In this document: positions 41,801 to 49,625 of the stretch, piece by piece
Layout of the letters: every line of letters begins with the position of its first letter
Numbering within the stretch: position 1 is the first letter of the stretch
NCBI GenBank assembly: GCA_045536365.1
Contig: JAZSNL010000020.1
Location: forward strand, 30,463 to 94,462
DNA length: 64,000 nt
Reading direction: 5' to 3'
Source: Bacilli bacterium
GTDB lineage: Bacteria; Bacillota_I; Bacilli_A; ML615J-28; CAG-313
Made by a program: the position numbers and the translations under genes
Notes under the pieces: generated by a model
Database searches by the model: none
Told to the model about the DNA's origin: nothing
The model's input: the letters and a program-made list of their open reading frames with translations, nothing else

Positions 41801-44800
41801 AATTTTCTGAACAAGTATACTTTGATCAAATAATGATAGATAAAAATAATATTGATACAATATACAATATGTTAATTAATCCATCGTTTGAAGAAAACAA
41901 TAGTTGGAGTGGAGGACAAAGGATATTAAGAACTTCTGACCAATCAATGTTTGGTAATTATGAAATGAAAGTGAGTGGTAACTCAATAGTTCATCAAGAA
42001 TTTGATGGTGTTCATATTCTAAAAGATACAACTATTACCATAGGTGGATTTGTAAGAACAAATGGAACAAGTGTACGTTTAAGAGTGCAATTTTTGAATT
42101 CAGAAACAGGATCAATGTCTAATTCATATGTAGTTCAATTTTACCCATATTTAACAGATTATCAATTTAATCTAAGTGAGTTTTCAGTAGAAGATGAATT
42201 TAGTACTGAATATTATGATGTCGTTTTCTTTGATATTATTAATACGGGAGAAATTGATTGTTATGTTGATAATTTAATATTAACATATGATTTATATGAA
42301 ATAAAATATGAATATAATGAACTTGGTTATCAAACTAAAAGCATATATGGTTCTTCAGTTACGTCAATAGAATATAAGAGTGATAATAGAACACCGGTAA
42401 AAATAACAAAAGATAATAAAGAATTATCATTAGATATACAAACATTCTCTACATCAATAGAATTTGATAATGTTAATATAACTGAAAATAAAAACTCATA
42501 TAATCAAGTAACATCTACTATAATAAATGATAAGCAAGTTAGTGAGACAGAATACGGTTATAATAATCAATATGTTACTTCACAAACAATTATCGGCAAT
42601 ATAGTAGAATATTCTTATGATTATTTATATGGTCTTTTGAACTCTGTTGAATATTCTGATGGTAATACCATTCAATATCAATATGATGATTACAATAGAT
42701 TATTACAAACAAGTTTCACTAAAGGAAAAATTAGTTATTTATATGATGATTATGGTAATATTGAAAAAATAGAAATACTAGGACAACTTGGCAATATATT
42801 AATGAGTTATTATTTTGAATATAATGAACATTTTGATATAGAAACTATATATGTAGGAAAAGATACAAATAAAGATAGAATCATTAAATATGAATATTTG
42901 TATTTAACATTATCAAATGGTAATGAAGTATATACTGGATTAATTAATAAAGTTATTAAAGGAAATAATGATGATAATTATGAAAGATACGAATACGATA
43001 AAGAATTTAATTTATATAAAACATATATTAAAAAGCCAAATATAGAAGAAACATTAATATCAGAGTTGTTATATGATAATTACAAGAATTTATCATTTTA
43101 TAAAGATTATGTTGATAACAAAATATATATGTATAATTATGATAAAGAGAATAGATTAATAAGTTGTCTTGATGAAAAAGGTAATGGTGTAAAATATCAA
43201 TATTTAACAATAGACAGTGACCAAAAAGAAAAAGTAATAGTTGAATATATTGTTGATAATACTGTTTTAACGACTATGACGTTTATATATAAAGAAGATG
43301 AATTAATAGAATATTTGACAAATGATATAAAGTCAAATCCTCAAGCAATTATTGACGATTATGATAGAGTGACTGAAAAACTATTAACCACAACGGATAA
43401 TAATGAATTGATAAAATATATTTATCAATACAATGAAGACAAAATCAGTCAATTAGATGGTTATGAAATAAAAATAGGTAATGATACATTAAAATATGGA
43501 TATTCATATGACATATATGGAAATATAATTCAAATAATAAAATATAAAAATAATGTAGAATTTGAAAAAATAGAATATCAATATAATAATAATCAAGAGC
43601 TATTACAAGAAAAAATTACAAGAAATAATGTAATAGTATTAGTAACAAATTATACATATAATACTATAGGTAACATAACATCAATAACAAGAACTACAAA
43701 ACAAGGAGAATATAGTAATTTACCATATAAAATCGAATTTATGTATGATACTAATGTTAGAATGAAATTATTATACTATAGAGTATATTTACATGGTTCT
43801 TTATCTTATACAACATACAACATTACATATGATGAATTTGGAAATATAAGACATGATGGTAAAAACTTGTTTATATATGATATAGATAAACTTATAAATA
43901 TTCAAAATGATAATAATAATATAATTTATGATTATAATAGTGATGGAGTACGCATCTATAAAAAAATAATAAATTTAGATGACACATATGAAGAAGTACA
44001 TTATGATGTATCAGGAGATATCATTTTAAAAGAAACAAGATATGATTCTTCAACAAACACAACAACATATATAATATATATTTATGATGAATCAGGAGTA
44101 GTAGGATTCAAAGTAGGAACAGATATAAATAACTTAACAACATACTATTTTGTAAAAAATCTCCAAAATGATATAATACAAATTATTGACACAAATGAAA
44201 ATGTTGTGGTAGAATATACTTATGATGCGTATGGCAATGTATTTGTATCAGGAACATTATCAAATACAATAGGAAAACTTAATCCATATAGATACAGAGG
44301 GTATTATTATGATGAGGAAACTCAGCTTTATTGGGTATCCTCAAGGTATTATTCACCAGAATTATGTAGATTTATAAGTCCTGATGATGTAGAATATCTA
44401 GATCCAGAATCATTAAATGGATTAAACTTATACTGCTATTGTGTGAACAATCCTATTATGTATATTGATCCTTATGGAAATGATGCAATTTTAATAACTG
44501 AATATTTACCAATGGGGTTACCTATTGTAGGTCACTCTGTTTTATTCGTTCAAGATGAAAATGGAGAATGGTGGATTACTGAATATTCAGGTTCTTTTCC
44601 TGATAAGAGTACTGCTCATGTTATTTGTAGAAAAGCTACACAGTCGGATTGGGAAAGATTTAAGCCGCAAAAAGGGTTTTGGAACTCTATTAAAAATCTG
44701 TTTCAAATTTCAGGGAATTCATCAGTTTATTTAAAAGGTGATTATTCTAACAGTTTAAGTAAAGCACAAAGCTTAAATGGTTTGGATTTTGGTGGATATC

Positions 44801-45006
44801 ACGCATTTACAAATAATTGCTTGCATTACGTTAAATCGATTTTAAGTGAAACAAATATTGATTCAGTTACGAATAATTATTTTAAGAATTCAAAAATTTT
44901 TATTCCATGCATGTTTACAAATATGACTACATTATGTAGTGTGATTGATGATGTAATTGATACTGGAAATAAAGTTTATAATTTTATAAAAGGTATTTTC
45001 AACTAA
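38875..45006 (+). CDS. Sec-secreted RHS/YD-repeat polymorphic toxin (WapA-like), 2043 aa, with variable C-terminal toxin domain
   Basis: N-terminal signal peptide; two CBM4/9-like beta-sandwich regions (~41.4-42.3 kb); many YD repeats (YEYDSSFRMIKT, YSYDYLYGLLNSVEYSDGNTIQYQYDDYNRL, YTYDAYGNV); RHS core end RYRGYYYDEETQLYWVSSRYYSPELCRFISPDDVEYLDPESLNGLNLYCYCVNNPIMYIDPYGN; ~175-aa C-terminal tip. Confidence 0.85.
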   Translation: MKKIFIIILVISLILNSIPFAPLGKLLAAESNSIEETIVSNNMEGSDEIEYEIESLREPNLKVFKRKDGLIEYNYYEENVHYLEDGIYKEYDVSFNESNSSYSNTVNGYEVVLPKNLKKSNIILRHQEDVLKIKYLSNTSSNSSSKKIKEEKENKKDVITTKSKVEYKNVLKHSIIELIHTPTGLKENIILEKYVKNYSFSYIIETSLKLVNENDTLYFYNDYEKEIFRFNPYNIVDSQNRISYDVELNISITEEGYLVDVIPSDEVLKEFTYPITIDPVIEYSSSTIASNIKTKYFRKNFNGTTPGIKIEKYVNTFQNADGTFGSEDISTLTIMEIDEDILDDNLNVDTIKFAKLKFRIKSSTQDNSYDIAVNRITRFYVGDVPFISYPYDNIDGYTNYETKSIGTMKRVENAYELDLTNVIKETKHNTMVLELTAKNIPNNEENVILYDSSYTDNSQRPMLTIAYMDSMGLIDFLTYHTVTSGNTTAYVNDCFGNLVVEQTDYLSNSEKISFDISHYYNISSSTTSDYDVGYGRGMTLSYLERVVPETLNTEYYSVIESTGRKKYYKKGAITQNGFTYVSEEGDDEYLIVNLASSVPYKKVIQEKYAYCYDNEGYLVKIMERFTLTTFIEITYKTTTYRGNKLIDEIKDSSNNYAKFIYENNHLSKIQIYKATYEGENVIGYEISQTNKYEYDSSFRMIKTLYYKGNEEILLGKEEYEYNTTDDTLLKIESYNYNGTEYIFISNMEFLYLNEQVVEYSSLLGSNKENETTMKMYIEYGDRTTTFTNSLGQSTKYLFDYFGHTKTVIDNYGNTTHYKYANYNNELYKDNPNYVLKHQIEEVSSPVNLGYNLIDNHSFEEGENHWNIYSGDIVYTSAYGLKALKVDLSNSNENTVTANQKISVQTNKVYTLTAFIKGSGDILIVSDNENYTVSQSELTETTDDYFLYKKTFSVSSIDPDEEYAEVYINLCTKETDQFSEQVYFDQIMIDKNNIDTIYNMLINPSFEENNSWSGGQRILRTSDQSMFGNYEMKVSGNSIVHQEFDGVHILKDTTITIGGFVRTNGTSVRLRVQFLNSETGSMSNSYVVQFYPYLTDYQFNLSEFSVEDEFSTEYYDVVFFDIINTGEIDCYVDNLILTYDLYEIKYEYNELGYQTKSIYGSSVTSIEYKSDNRTPVKITKDNKELSLDIQTFSTSIEFDNVNITENKNSYNQVTSTIINDKQVSETEYGYNNQYVTSQTIIGNIVEYSYDYLYGLLNSVEYSDGNTIQYQYDDYNRLLQTSFTKGKISYLYDDYGNIEKIEILGQLGNILMSYYFEYNEHFDIETIYVGKDTNKDRIIKYEYLYLTLSNGNEVYTGLINKVIKGNNDDNYERYEYDKEFNLYKTYIKKPNIEETLISELLYDNYKNLSFYKDYVDNKIYMYNYDKENRLISCLDEKGNGVKYQYLTIDSDQKEKVIVEYIVDNTVLTTMTFIYKEDELIEYLTNDIKSNPQAIIDDYDRVTEKLLTTTDNNELIKYIYQYNEDKISQLDGYEIKIGNDTLKYGYSYDIYGNIIQIIKYKNNVEFEKIEYQYNNNQELLQEKITRNNVIVLVTNYTYNTIGNITSITRTTKQGEYSNLPYKIEFMYDTNVRMKLLYYRVYLHGSLSYTTYNITYDEFGNIRHDGKNLFIYDIDKLINIQNDNNNIIYDYNSDGVRIYKKIINLDDTYEEVHYDVSGDIILKETRYDSSTNTTTYIIYIYDESGVVGFKVGTDINNLTTYYFVKNLQNDIIQIIDTNENVVVEYTYDAYGNVFVSGTLSNTIGKLNPYRYRGYYYDEETQLYWVSSRYYSPELCRFISPDDVEYLDPESLNGLNLYCYCVNNPIMYIDPYGNDAILITEYLPMGLPIVGHSVLFVQDENGEWWITEYSGSFPDKSTAHVICRKATQSDWERFKPQKGFWNSIKNLFQISGNSSVYLKGDYSNSLSKAQSLNGLDFGGYHAFTNNCLHYVKSILSETNIDSVTNNYFKNSKIFIPCMFTNMTTLCSVIDDVIDTGNKVYNFIKGIFN
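44236..44440 (+). repeat. RHS core-end repeat (copy in full-length gene)
   Basis: ~205 nt nearly identical to 47375..47580; weaker copies at 45822..45990, 48851..49012, 51962..52013. Confidence 0.7.
44479..45003 (+). other. C-terminal toxin tip: permuted papain-fold (NlpC/P60 superfamily, PPPDE/LRAT-like) candidate domain
   Basis: His-containing VGHSVLFVQDENGEWWITEYSGS followed ~100 aa later by YHAFTNNCLHYV (cf. NC[NE]HF of PPPDE/LRAT). Confidence 0.35.
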
Positions 45007-45028
45007 ATTTATATTGAAGGAGGCATTT

Positions 45029-45676
45029 ATGAAAAAAATAATAAATAAATTGGGACTATTGATATTTTTATTTATTTTTATCGTTAGTGGATGTTCTATA
45101 AAAAGAAAAATAAAATTTGAAAATGAACAATTAATATATAAAGACACTTGTTATTCACTAGATGAAAATTATTTACCTATCGTTTGTGAAGGAGACATGA
45201 TTGAAATAGATAGAATTTTAGGAATATTTGGATTGCACAAATATTATATTAGTTCTTTAGATGTTGATAGCAATATTATTTATGACAATAAAAATCGATT
45301 TTACAAAGATGGCTTTCTACTTCCAAATGATAATAAAGATAATATTTCTAAAATATATATGACAATGAGTTTTAAAGGGAACTTTGATGATGAACTTCAA
45401 AAAACAGATGTTATACAATTTAATAATTCAGATTCAGTTTATTTAGATGACATAATTAATGAATGCCCAATAGATGAAGTTAAAATAGATAACAAATATA
45501 GTTTCTGGTTATTTATTATATATGAAAATTATTTATTTATGTCTATTCAATATGATATATACTATATGAACAATGAAATTTATTTTACAAAATATTATGA
45601 TAATGAACATTTATATAAAGTAAATGATAATTATAAAAAATATTTTGAAGAATCAATTATAAGAATATTGAAATAA
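45029..45676 (+). CDS. putative cognate immunity lipoprotein of the RHS toxin
   Basis: Immediately downstream (22 nt) of toxin stop, GAAGGAGG RBS; lipobox IVSGCS. Confidence 0.5.
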   Translation: MKKIINKLGLLIFLFIFIVSGCSIKRKIKFENEQLIYKDTCYSLDENYLPIVCEGDMIEIDRILGIFGLHKYYISSLDVDSNIIYDNKNRFYKDGFLLPNDNKDNISKIYMTMSFKGNFDDELQKTDVIQFNNSDSVYLDDIINECPIDEVKIDNKYSFWLFIIYENYLFMSIQYDIYYMNNEIYFTKYYDNEHLYKVNDNYKKYFEESIIRILK

Positions 45677-45813
45677 AAAATATAAATAGTTAGTTAAAAG
45701 TAGGCCGGTAAAGATGGTTATCTCTAATAGCCACCTTACAGGCTACCTAACTAGTTATTTTAGACATTATTTTATAAATTTATTATGTCTGAATATTTAG
45801 GACACCATTCGAT

Positions 45814-46392
45814 ATGATGTTGAAACTCAGCTTTTTTTGGGTATCCTCACGTTACTATTCGCCTGAATTATGTAGGTTTATAAGTCTTGATGATATTGAA
45901 TATTTAGATCCAGAATCAGTAAATGGATTGAACTTATGCAGCTATTGTGTGAACAACCCTGTTATGTATGTTGATAGTTCAGGAAATTTTCCTGTTATAG
46001 CATTTATTATAGGCGGAATTGCTGTAGGAGCGGTTGCTTCGGTTATTGTGGTTCTAGGAGTGAAAAATTGTACTTCTAAAAAAAATCCATTAAAAGAAAA
46101 TGATAAAATAAAAAATTCAGAAGGTAAAAAAAAGGATGATTTATTGGCGGATTTTTCTGATACAATTATGCCTGAATATAATCCAAAAGGTATGGCTAAT
46201 AATATTAATACCATTATAACGAATGATATAGTAAACTATCCAGCTAATTCATTGCCTATACAACCCTATGGAGCTGGAGGTTACGAAATCCCTAATGGTG
46301 ATTATAGTAGGTATAGCGGTGGAAGAGCTTTCTTTGATTCAACTTACGAAGAAGATTTATTTGATGTTATATTAAGTCTAAACATATGGTGA
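45814..46392 (+). CDS. orphan RHS C-terminal toxin cassette 1 (core-end remnant + alternative tip with TM helix)
   Basis: WVSSRYYSPELCRFISLDDIEYLDPESVNGLNLCSYCVNNPVMYVDSSGN is homologous at nt and aa level to 44331..44476; own ATG; 1-nt indel versus parental frame upstream. Confidence 0.6.
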   Translation: MMLKLSFFWVSSRYYSPELCRFISLDDIEYLDPESVNGLNLCSYCVNNPVMYVDSSGNFPVIAFIIGGIAVGAVASVIVVLGVKNCTSKKNPLKENDKIKNSEGKKKDDLLADFSDTIMPEYNPKGMANNINTIITNDIVNYPANSLPIQPYGAGGYEIPNGDYSRYSGGRAFFDSTYEEDLFDVILSLNIW

Positions 46393-46446
46393 TAAACATT
46401 CAAGTTTTCACTATGTTATAATTAGCCTATAGAAAAGGAGTAAAAT

Positions 46447-47337
46447 ATGAAAAAAAGATTCTTAATGATAATCATGATACTGTTAATAATATCATGTTCT
46501 GGATGTGAAAATAAGAAATTAGATTTAGAAACACTATATGAAAAAAATGCTAAAGTAGCAACAAGTTATTTTCCAGGATGGGGTGCAGATGATTATAAGT
46601 GCGAATTATTTATCTTCGAACCTGAAAATGCTACTGATTTTGAACTTGGACTTTGTTCTCCATATAATTTAGATGGTGTAGAAAAAGTTCTATATGTTAA
46701 GTATGAAAGAACTGATGAGATTCCATTTGTTGTTGCTTTACAATATAAATCAGTTAGACTTGCAAAAGAAGCCTATGAATTATATGGTTCGCAAAAATAT
46801 TTGCGAGAAGCAAATATTTTAGCACTTCCGATTACTCCTGCGTATATGTTTATATATGGACGCTATATAAAAGTTGATGGATATTATTTAAGTCCTGATG
46901 GTGAAGCTTTATTATATGATGGTCAAACACTAACAAGAACTGATATCGTCATACCAGAAGGTGTAAAATGTGTAGTAATGTGGAGTTTATTTTCAAAGAA
47001 AGTTAAAACTATTAAATGTAATGATGAGTTAGAGGTTTTATATTGTTGTTCGCTTGGTTATCTTGATGCACTAGAAAAAGTAGAATTAAATGATGGATTA
47101 AAAGAAATTGGCGGAGAGTGCTTTATCATGCATAATTTAGAATATATCGTTATTCCAAAAAGCGTTGAGTTAATTGGTGCTGAAGCATTTCAAAATGTAA
47201 CGATTTATTGTGAAATAGAGGAAAAACCTATAGGATGGCATAAAAATTTTGCAGGAGAAAATTGTAAAGTCTATTGGGGAGGAACATGGAAATATGTAGA
47301 TGGAATTCCTCGACCAAACAGATGGATAGAAAGATAA
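46447..47337 (+). CDS. lipoprotein with BspA-type leucine-rich repeats (LRR_5); putative immunity protein for cassette 1
   Basis: Lipobox ISCSGC; repeats LEKVELNDGLKEIGGECF / LEYIVIPKSVELIGAEAF. Confidence 0.5.
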   Translation: MKKRFLMIIMILLIISCSGCENKKLDLETLYEKNAKVATSYFPGWGADDYKCELFIFEPENATDFELGLCSPYNLDGVEKVLYVKYERTDEIPFVVALQYKSVRLAKEAYELYGSQKYLREANILALPITPAYMFIYGRYIKVDGYYLSPDGEALLYDGQTLTRTDIVIPEGVKCVVMWSLFSKKVKTIKCNDELEVLYCCSLGYLDALEKVELNDGLKEIGGECFIMHNLEYIVIPKSVELIGAEAFQNVTIYCEIEEKPIGWHKNFAGENCKVYWGGTWKYVDGIPRPNRWIER

Positions 47338-47374
47338 TAATTAAAATCGTAAAATAACTAATAAATATGTACAC

Positions 47375-47580
47375 AATGTATTTATATCAGGAACATTATC
47401 AAATACAATAGGAAAACTTAATCCATATAGATACAGAGGGTATTATTATGATGAGGAAACTCAGCTTTATTGGTTATCCTCAAGGTATTATTCACCAGAA
47501 TTATGTAGATTTATAAGTCCTGATGATGTAAGTTATCTTGATCCAGAAAGTATCAATGGATTGAACTTATATGTGTACTG
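47375..47580 (+). repeat. RHS core-end repeat (orphan cassette 2 copy)
   Basis: see 44236..44440. Confidence 0.7.
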
Positions 47581-48136
47581 TGGAAATGATCCCGTTAATA
47601 AGTATGATCCTAGCGGGCATAGTGCAATTTTAGCTAATTTAATTGCGAAGGGAATTTTAGCTATAGATACAATTGCAGAAACTGCTATATTGATGAATTC
47701 AGACAAATATAAAGCTGAGAATGTTTATCATGTTAATCCATCAACTGGTGAGGGAAATGTACATATTCCTAATTCTGCTGCATTTAATAACCCAATAGCT
47801 CAATTAATTTATTCTAATTATCTATATGAAAATGTAAAGAATAAAGATGGAAGCAATTTTTTTACAGGTGATCCTTATGATATTGTTGGTGAATGGCAAG
47901 CACATAATTTTGCGGCTAATTTAACAGGTTCATTAATGGTATTGAGTTTTATTCCTTTAGCATCATTATCAAATGGAGATTATTTTTGGTCAAAATTATA
48001 TAACGCACACAGTAGAAGTGTTCATACTGATATAGGTCCAAATATAGACTCTGAAAAAAGAGGAATAGTTAGAGTTGTATCAAAGATTTATAAATGGATT
48101 AATAAAATTAAAAGCTTTGATATTCTTAATTGGTAA
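47378..48136 (+). CDS. orphan RHS C-terminal toxin cassette 2 (no ATG; in-frame homology from 47378, ORF-track start 47561)
   Basis: VFISGTLSNTIGKLNPYRYRGYYYDEETQLYWLSSRYYSPELCRFISPDDVSYLDPESINGLNLYVYCGNDPVNKYDPSGH; nt 47375-47580 nearly identical to 44236-44440. Confidence 0.6.
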   Translation, partial: VFISGTLSNTIGKLNPYRYRGYYYDEETQLYWLSSRYYSPELCRFISPDDVSYLDPESINGLNLYVYCGNDPVNKYDPSGHSAILANLIAKGILAIDTIAETAILMNSDKYKAENVYHVNPSTGEGNVHIPNSAAFNNPIAQLIYSNYLYENVKNKDGSNFFTGDPYDIVGEWQAHNFAANLTGSLMVLSFIPLASLSNGDYFWSKLYNAHSRSVHTDIGPNIDSEKRGIVRVVSKIYKWINKIKSFDILNW

Positions 48137-48162
48137 TTGTATATTAAAGGAGTAGGGATCAT

Positions 48163-48702
48163 ATGAAAAAAATAAAGTTAATTGCATTATTAATTTTTTC
48201 TGGATTTATAGTTACATTGATATTCGGATTTTTAATCGATATTGATTACTCAAAAAACGTCATAAAAACAAGTGATAAATCGCTTTATGAGATGAATGAA
48301 TATTATTTTTTACCTAACTATAATGAATTTGAATATAAAGAAAATGTTACCGGGTTTTACACATATGATTCCTCTAATACACTTTCTGGAGGAAGTGTTT
48401 CTTATGTATTAGAATTACAATTTGCAACTAAAAAAGTCTATAATGAATTTTTAGAATATGAGTACACAAGATATGAATATGATAGTAATTCAATCATTTT
48501 AAAAAATAATTATGAATGTTATTTGTGTTTGAATGAAGATATTACTCAATATTATTATGGTGAATATATGCCGTATGCGTTAGGAATGTTATGTTTAAAT
48601 GAAAAAGATATAAAAATTAGATATGTATACTATGTTAATATAGAACATTCCATAGATAATAAATTTAATGATGTATTTCAAAATACAAATTGTACTTGGT
48701 GA
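48163..48702 (+). CDS. membrane-anchored/exported protein; putative immunity protein for cassette 2
   Basis: N-terminal TM/signal anchor; follows cassette 2 by 27 nt with AGGAG RBS. Confidence 0.45.
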   Translation: MKKIKLIALLIFSGFIVTLIFGFLIDIDYSKNVIKTSDKSLYEMNEYYFLPNYNEFEYKENVTGFYTYDSSNTLSGGSVSYVLELQFATKKVYNEFLEYEYTRYEYDSNSIILKNNYECYLCLNEDITQYYYGEYMPYALGMLCLNEKDIKIRYVYYVNIEHSIDNKFNDVFQNTNCTW

Positions 48703-48850
48703 ACGTATTGATTTTAGAAAGAGCATAGGGAGAATATTATTTTATAATATTTCTCCGAGTGCTTAATTATGTAAATTGGATACCAATTTCATTACTAACA
48801 TATTATAATTAGGATATAGTTATTATGAGGATACTCGTAATAGCCCTGTT

Positions 48851-49498
48851 GAAACTCAGTTATTCTATTGCAACTCTAGATATTATTCACCTGAACTTTG
48901 TAGGTTCATAAGTCCAGATAGTATTGAGTATTTAGATCCTGAAAGTATCAATGGATTGAACTTATATGCGTACTGTGGAAATGATCCCGTTAATAAGTAT
49001 GATCCTACAGGTCACATCGCGATTAGTACAATTATTGGAATAATTCTTGGTATAGGTGCTTTGGCGGCAACCGCTAATGATATTTATCAAATTGCAAGTG
49101 GAAATGTGTATGTAGATATGAATAAAACAGATAATGAAAATGTTCATATTGAAAATTCCTATAAAATACTAACCCCTTGGATGAGATATGGTTATAGTTT
49201 CTATTTGAATCATTTTAATCCTAATACTAAAGATGTTATTCAGGGAAGTACAGCAGGAGTTCAATTTGAATGGGAATTGCATAATTATGCTGCTTGGCTG
49301 GGTTTTGGTGGAGAGCCAGCTAAACATCTTGATGTTGGAAAAACTATATTTGCGGATGGGGAAGCTCATCCATTAAGGGATAAAGATGGTGATATCACAA
49401 AAGAAGGTGTGATGTCACTAGGAATGAGGATAGGTTATATTTTATCAGGTAACCCTATATATTGGATTCCGGATTTAATTATAAATGGAGGATTTTAA
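48851..49498 (+). CDS. orphan RHS C-terminal toxin cassette 3 (no ATG; frame open from 48809, ORF-track start 48956)
   Basis: ETQLFYCNSRYYSPELCRFISPDSIEYLDPESINGLNLYAYCGNDPVNKYDPTGH then unique ~160-aa tip; 48956-49012 almost identical to 47556-47612. Confidence 0.6.
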   Translation, partial: ETQLFYCNSRYYSPELCRFISPDSIEYLDPESINGLNLYAYCGNDPVNKYDPTGHIAISTIIGIILGIGALAATANDIYQIASGNVYVDMNKTDNENVHIENSYKILTPWMRYGYSFYLNHFNPNTKDVIQGSTAGVQFEWELHNYAAWLGFGGEPAKHLDVGKTIFADGEAHPLRDKDGDITKEGVMSLGMRIGYILSGNPIYWIPDLIINGGF

Positions 49499-49625
49499 AA
49501 TGAAAAAGATATGCGTATTACTTTTAACAATATTAACTTTGCTTTTAACTTCCTGTGGAGAAGACACAACACGATTAGCAAAAGATGAATTTTCGAAATA
49601 TTATAATGGAAGAAATGAAGTTGTT
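49412..49625 (+). repeat. toxin-3 tail/imm-3 start repeat; second copy at 50893..51100
   Basis: ~85-90 % identical over ~210 nt including RBS and lipoprotein signal peptide coding. Confidence 0.65.

Noticed and set aside
39690-45147. Short minus-strand ORFs (39690..39923, 41234..41539, 43028..43210, 44932..45147)
   Set aside because: All antisense within the 2043-aa RHS gene; AT-rich chance ORFs.
45942-46214. 90-aa minus-strand ORF
   Set aside because: Antisense to orphan cassette 1.
48962-49369. Two minus-strand ORFs (61 aa, 66 aa)
   Set aside because: Antisense to orphan cassette 3.
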